Positions 58,401 through 64,000 of a stretch of 64,000 nt of DNA are shown one piece after another. The stretch is from Macrostomum hystrix (lineage: Eukaryota; Animalia; Platyhelminthes). A program made the translations under genes and the position numbers. The stretch lies in contig CATNEN010000025.1 in the NCBI GenBank assembly GCA_950097015.1, positions 4,092,001-4,156,000 on the forward strand. The letters run 5' to 3'. The notes beneath the pieces are model-generated. The model had not been told where the DNA came from. It made no database searches and saw nothing but the letters and a program-made list of their open reading frames with translations. Each line of letters starts with the position of its first letter. The stretch's first letter is position 1.

Positions 58401-61400
58401 AGCTGTGAAGCTGTGAGATTTGCGAAGCTGTGAGATTTGTGTAGCTGTGAGATTTGTGTAGCTGTGAGATTTGTGAAGCTGTGAGATTTGCGAAGCTGTG
58501 AGATTTGTGTAGCTGTGAGATTTGCGAAGCTGTGAGATTTGCGAAGCTGTGAGATTTGTGAAGCTGTGAGATTTGTGAAGCTGTGAGATTTGTGAAGCTG
58601 TGAGATTTGTGTAGCTGTGAGATTTGTGAAGCTGTGAGATTTGCGAAGCTGTGAGATTTGCGAAGCTGTGAGATTTGTGTAGCTGTGAGATTTGTGTAGC
58701 TGTGAGATTTGCTAAGCTGTGAGATTTGTGAAGCTGTGAGATTTGTGAAGCTGTGAGATTTGCGAAGCTGTGAGATTTGTGTAGCTGTGAGATTTGCGAA
58801 GCTGTGAGATTTGCGAAGCTGTGAGATTTGTGAAGCTGTGAGATTTGCGAAGCTGTGAGATTTGCGAAGCTGTGAGATTTGTGTAGCTGTGAGATTTGCT
58901 AAGCTGTGAGATTTGTGTAGCTGTGAGATTTGTGAAGCTGTGAGATTTGTGTAGCTGTGAGATTTGTGAAGCTGTGAGATTTGTGTAGCTGTGAGATTTG
59001 TGAAGCTGTGAGATTTGTGTAGCTGTGAGATTTGTGTAGCTGTGAGATTTGCGAAGCTGTGAGATTTGTGAAGCTGTGAGATTTGTGAAGCTGTGAGATT
59101 TGTGTAGCTGTGAGATTTGTGTAGCTGTGAGATTTGCGAAGCTGTGAGATTTGTGAAGCTGTGAGATTTGCGAAGCTGTGAGATTAGTGAAGCTGTGAAG
59201 CTGTGAGATTTGTGTAGCTGTGAGATTTGCGAAGCTGTGAGATTAGTGAAGCTGTGAAGCTGTGAGATTTGTGTAGCTGTGAGATTTGCGATGCTGTGAG
59301 ATTTGCGTAGCTGTGAGATTTGTGTAGCTGTGAGATTTGCTAAGCTGTGAGATTTGTGAAGCTGTGAGATTTGTGAAGCTGTGAGATTTGCGAAGCTGTG
59401 AGATTTGTGTAGCTGTGAGATTTGCGAAGCTGTGAGATTTGCGAAGCTGTGAGATTTGTGAAGCTGTGAGATTTGCGAAGCTGTGAGATTTGCGAAGCTG
59501 TGAGATTTGTGTAGCTGTGAGATTTGCTAAGCTGTGAGATTTGTGTAGCTGTGAGATTTGTGAAGCTGTGAGATTTGTGTAGCTGTGAGATTTGTGAAGC
59601 TGTGAGATTTGTGTAGCTGTGAGATTTGTGTAGCTGTGAGATTTGCGAAGCTGTGAGATTTGTGAAGCTGTGAGATTTGTGAAGCTGTGAGATTTGTGTA
59701 GCTGTGAGATTTGTGTAGCTGTGAGATTTGCGAAGCTGTGAGATTTGTGAAGCTGTGAGATTTGCGAAGCTGTGAGATTAGTGAAGCTGTGAAGCTGTGA
59801 GATTTGTGTAGCTGTGAGATTTGCGAATCTGTGAGATTAGTGAAGCTGTGAAGCTGTGAGATTTGTGTAGCTGTGAGATTTGCGATGCTGTGAGATTTGC
59901 GTAGCTGTGAGATTTGTGTAGCTGTGAGATTTGCTAAGCTGTGAGATTTGTGAAGCTGTGAGATTTGTGAAGCTGTGAGATTTGCGAAGCTGTGAGATTT
60001 GTGTAGCTGTGAGATTTGTGAAGCTGTGAGATTTGCGAAGCTGTGAGATTTGTGAAGCTGTGAGATTTGCGAAGCTGTGAGATTTGCGAAGCTGTGAGAT
60101 TTGTGTAGCTGTGAGATTTGCTAAGCTGTGAGATTTGTGTAGCTGTGAGATTTGCGAAGCTGTGAGATTTGTGAAGCTGTGAGATTTGCGAAGCTGTGAA
60201 GCTGTGAGATTTGTGTAGCTGTGAGATTTGCGTAGCTGTGAGATTTGTGTAGCTGTGAGATTTGCTAAGCTGTGAGATTTGTGAAGCTGTGAGATTTGTG
60301 AAGCTGTGAGATTTGCGAAGCTGTGAGATTTGTGTAGCTGTGAGATTTGCGAAGCTGTGAGATTTGCGAAGCTGTGAGATTTGTGAAGCTGTGAGATTTG
60401 GGAAGCTGTGAGATTTGCGAAGCTGTGAGATTTGTGTAGCTGTGAGATTTGCTAAGCTGTGAGATTTGTGTAGCTGTGAGATTTGCGAAGCTGTGAGATT
60501 TGTGAAGCTGTGAGATTTGCGATGCTGTGAGATTTGCGAAGCTGTGAGATTAGTGAAGCTGTGAAGCTGTGAGATTTGTGTAGCTGTGAGATTTGCGAAG
60601 CTGTGAGATTTGTGAAGCTGTGAAGCTGTGAGATTTGCGAAGCTGTGAGATTTGTGTAGCTGTGAGATTTGTGTAGCTGTGAGATTTGCTAAGCTGTGAG
60701 ATTTGTGTAGCTGTGAGATTTGCGAAGCTGTGAGATTTGTGAAGCTGTGAAGCTGTGAGATTTGCGAAGCTGTGAGATTTGTGTAGCTGTGAGATTTGTG
60801 TAGCTGTGAGATTTGTGAAGCTGTGAGATTTGCGAAGCTGTGAGATTTGTGTAGCTGTGAGATTTGCGAAGCTGTGAGATTTGCGAAGCTGTGAGATTTG
60901 TGAAGCTGTGAGATTTGCGAAGCTGTGAGATTTGCGAAGCTGTGAGATTTGTGTAGCTGTGAGATTTGTGTAGCTGTGAGATTTGCTAAGCTGTGAGATT
61001 TGTGAAGCTGTGAGATTTGTGAAGCTGTGAGATTTGCGAAGCTGTGAGATTTGTGTAGCTGTGAGATTTGCGAAGCTGTGAGATTTGCGAAGCTGTGAGA
61101 TTTGTGAAGCTGTGAGATTTGCGAAGCTGTGAGATTTGCGAAGCTGTGAGATTTGTGTAGCTGTGAGATTTGCTAAGCTGTGAGATTTGTGTAGCTGTGA
61201 GATTTGTGAAGCTGTGAGATTTGTGAAGCTGTGAGATTTGCGAAGCTGTGAGATTTGTGTAGCTGTGAGATTTGCGTAGCTGTGAGATTTGTGTAGCTGT
61301 GAGATTTGCGAAGCTGTGAGATTTGTGAAGCTGTGAAGCTGTGAGATTTGCGAAGCTGTGAGATTTGTGTAGCTGTGAGATTTGTGTAGCTGTGAGATTT

Positions 61401-64000
61401 GCTAAGCTGTGAGATTTGTGTAGCTGTGAGATTTGCGAAGCTGTGAGATTTGTGAAGCTGTGAAGCTGTGAGATTTGCGAAGCTGTGAGATTTGTGTAGC
61501 TGTGAGATTTGTGTAGCTGTGAGATTTGCTAAACTGTGAGATTTGTGTAGCTGTGAGATTTGCGAAGCTGTGAGATTTGCGAAGCTGTGAGATTTGTGTA
61601 GCTGTGAGATTTGTGTAGCTGTGAGATTTGCTAAGCTGTGAGATTTGTGTAGCTGTGAGATTTGCGAAGCTGTGAGATTTGTGAAGCTGTGAAGCTGTGA
61701 GATTTGCGAAGCTGTGAGATTTGTGTAGCTGTGAGATTTGTGAAGCTGTGAGATTTGCTAAGCTGTGAGATTTGTGTAGCTGTGAGATTTGTTAAGCTCT
61801 GAGATTTGTGTAGCTGTGAGATTTGTGAAGCTGTGAGATTTGTGTAGCTGTGAGATTTGTGTAGCTGTGAGATTTGCGAAGCTGTGAGATTTGTGAAGCT
61901 GTGAGATTTGCGATGCTGTGAGATTTGCGAAGCTGTGAGATTTGTGAAGCTGTGAGATTTGTGTAGCTGTGAGATTTGCTAAGCTGTGAGATTTGTGTAG
62001 CTGTGAGATTTGCGAAGCTGTGAGATTTGTGTAGCTGTGAGATTTGTGTAGCTGTGAGATTTGCTAAGCTGTGAGATTTGTGTAGCTGTGAGATTTGCTA
62101 AGCTGTGAGATTTGTGTAGCTGTGAGATTTGTGAAGCTGTGAGATTTGTGTAGCTGTGAGATTTGCTAAGCTGTGAGATTTGTGTAGCTGTGAGATTTGC
62201 GAAGCTGTGAGATTTGTGAAGCTGTGAGATTTGCGAAGCTGTGAGATTTGTGTAGCTGTGAGATTTGTGTAGCTGTGAGATTTGTGTAGCTGTGAGATTT
62301 GCGAAGCTGTGAGATTTGTGTAGCTGGGAGATTTGTGAAGCTGTGAGATTTGTGTAGCTGTGAGATTTGTGTAGCTGTGAGATTTGTGTAGCTGTGAGAT
62401 TTGCTAAGCTGTGAGATTTGTGTAGCTGTGAGATTTGCTAAGCTGTGAGATTTGTGTAGCTGTGAGATTTGTGAAGCTGTGAGATTTGTGTAGCTGTGAG
62501 ATTTGTGTAGCTGTGAGATTTGTGTAGCTGTGAGATTTGCTAAGCTGTGAGATTTGTGTAGCTGTGAGATTTGCTAAGCTGTGAGATTTGTGTAGCTGTG
62601 AGATTTGCTAAGCTGTGAGATTTGTGTAGCTGTGAGATTTGTGAAGCTGTGAGATTTGTGTAGCTGTGAGATTTGCTAAGCTGTGAGATTTGTGTAGCTG
62701 TGAGATTTGCGAAGCTGTGAGATTTGTGAAGCTGTGAGATTTGCGAAGCTGTGAGATTTGTGTAGCTGTGAGATTTGTGTAGCTGTGAGATTTGTGTAGC
62801 TGTGAGATTTGTGTAGCTGTGAGATTTGTGTAGCTGTGAGATTTGCGAAGCTGTGAGATTTGTGTAGCTGGGAGATTTGTGAAGCTGTGAGATTTGTGAA
62901 GCTGTGAAGCTGTGAGATTTGCGAAGCTGTGAAGCTGTGAGATTAGTGAAGCTGTGTAGCTGTGAGATTTGTGTAGCTGTGAGATTTGTGTAGCTGTGAG
63001 ATTTGTGAAGCTGTGAGATTTGCGAAGCTGTGAGATTTGTGTAGCTGTGAGATTTGCTAAGCTGTGAGATTTGTGTAGCTGTGAGATTTGCTAAGCTGTG
63101 AGATTTGTGTAGCTGTGAGATTTGTGTAGCTGTGAGATTTGCTAAACTGTGAGATTTGTGTAGCTGTGAGATTTGCGAAGCTGTGAGATTTGCGAAGCTG
63201 TGAGATTTGTGTAGCTGTGAGATTTGTGTAGCTGTGAGATTTGCTAAGCTGTGAGATTTGTGTAGCTGTGAGATTTGCGAAGCTGTGAGATTTGTGAAGC
63301 TGTGAAGCTGTGAGATTTGCGAAGCTGTGAGATTTGTGTAGCTGTGAGATTTGTGTAGCTGTGAGATTTGCTAAGCTGTGAGATTTGTGTAGCTGTGAGA
63401 TTTGTTAAGCTCTGAGATTTGTGTAGCTGTGAGATTTGTGAAGCTGTGAGATTTGTGTAGCTGTGAGATTTGTGTAGCTGTGAGATTTGCGAAGCTGTGA
63501 GATTTGTGAAGCTGTGAGATTTGCGATGCTGTGAGATTTGCGAAGCTGTGAGATTTGTGAAGCTGTGAGATTTGTGTAGCTGTGAGATTTGCTAAGCTGT
63601 GAGATTTGTGTAGCTGTGAGATTTGCGAAGCTGTGAGATTTGTGTAGCTGTGAGATTTGTGTAGCTGTGAGATTTGTGTAGCTGTGAGATTTGTGTAGCT
63701 GTGAGATTTGCTAAGCTGTGAGATTTGTGTAGCTGTGAGATTTGCTAAGCTGTGAGATTTGTGTAGCTGTGAGATTTGTGAAGCTGTGAGATTTGTGTAG
63801 CTGTGAGATTTGCTAAGCTGTGAGATTTGTGTAGCTGTGAGATTTGCGAAGCTGTGAGATTTGTGAAGCTGTGAGATTTGCGAAGCTGTGAGATTTGTGT
63901 AGCTGTGAGATTTGTGTAGCTGTGAGATTTGTGTAGCTGTGAGATTTGCGAAGCTGTGAGATTTGTGTAGCTGGGAGATTTGTGAAGCTGTGAGATTTGT
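55460..64000. repeat. 17-bp satellite (AGCTGTGAGATTTG plus a variable triplet), >8.5 kb, ~500 units, continues past the window end
   Basis: Period 17 (55862, 55879); variable triplet CGA/TGA/TGT/CTA/CGT. Confidence 0.98.

Overview
Eukaryotic (metazoan) genomic DNA, not prokaryotic. It has GT-AG introns, eukaryote-type ribosomal genes, intron-poor GC-rich CDSs in AT-rich spacers and many private minisatellites. The style is consistent with the flatworm Macrostomum, which is an inference. Genes: a 73-aa membrane protein (+); a co-oriented minus-strand cluster of RPS26, V-ATPase subunit E, two tandem RPS5 copies and a VMAC-like coiled-coil gene; an inverted head-to-head pair of intronless microsomal epoxide hydrolases; an intronless 1161-aa channel with ankyrin repeats fused to a TRPM-type core; an orphan terminal exon of a single-pass membrane protein; and a 2-exon cytosolic sulfotransferase. 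Mobile DNA: an intact-looking Tc1/IS630 element with DD30E spacing, a deleted relative, a non-autonomous hAT with an 8-bp TSD, a 196-bp solo LTR with a 4-bp TSD, tRNA/CORE-type SINE copies, MITE-like foldbacks and a probable decayed LINE. About a dozen tandem arrays are present, ending in a 17-bp satellite of more than 8.5 kb that runs off the window. Top leads: the ankyrin-TRPM chimera; the epoxide hydrolase pair homogenised up to the catalytic nucleophile, with a Tyr-to-His change in one copy; and an operon-like RPS5-RPS5 tandem with exon-only homogenisation. All alignments and counts were done by eye.
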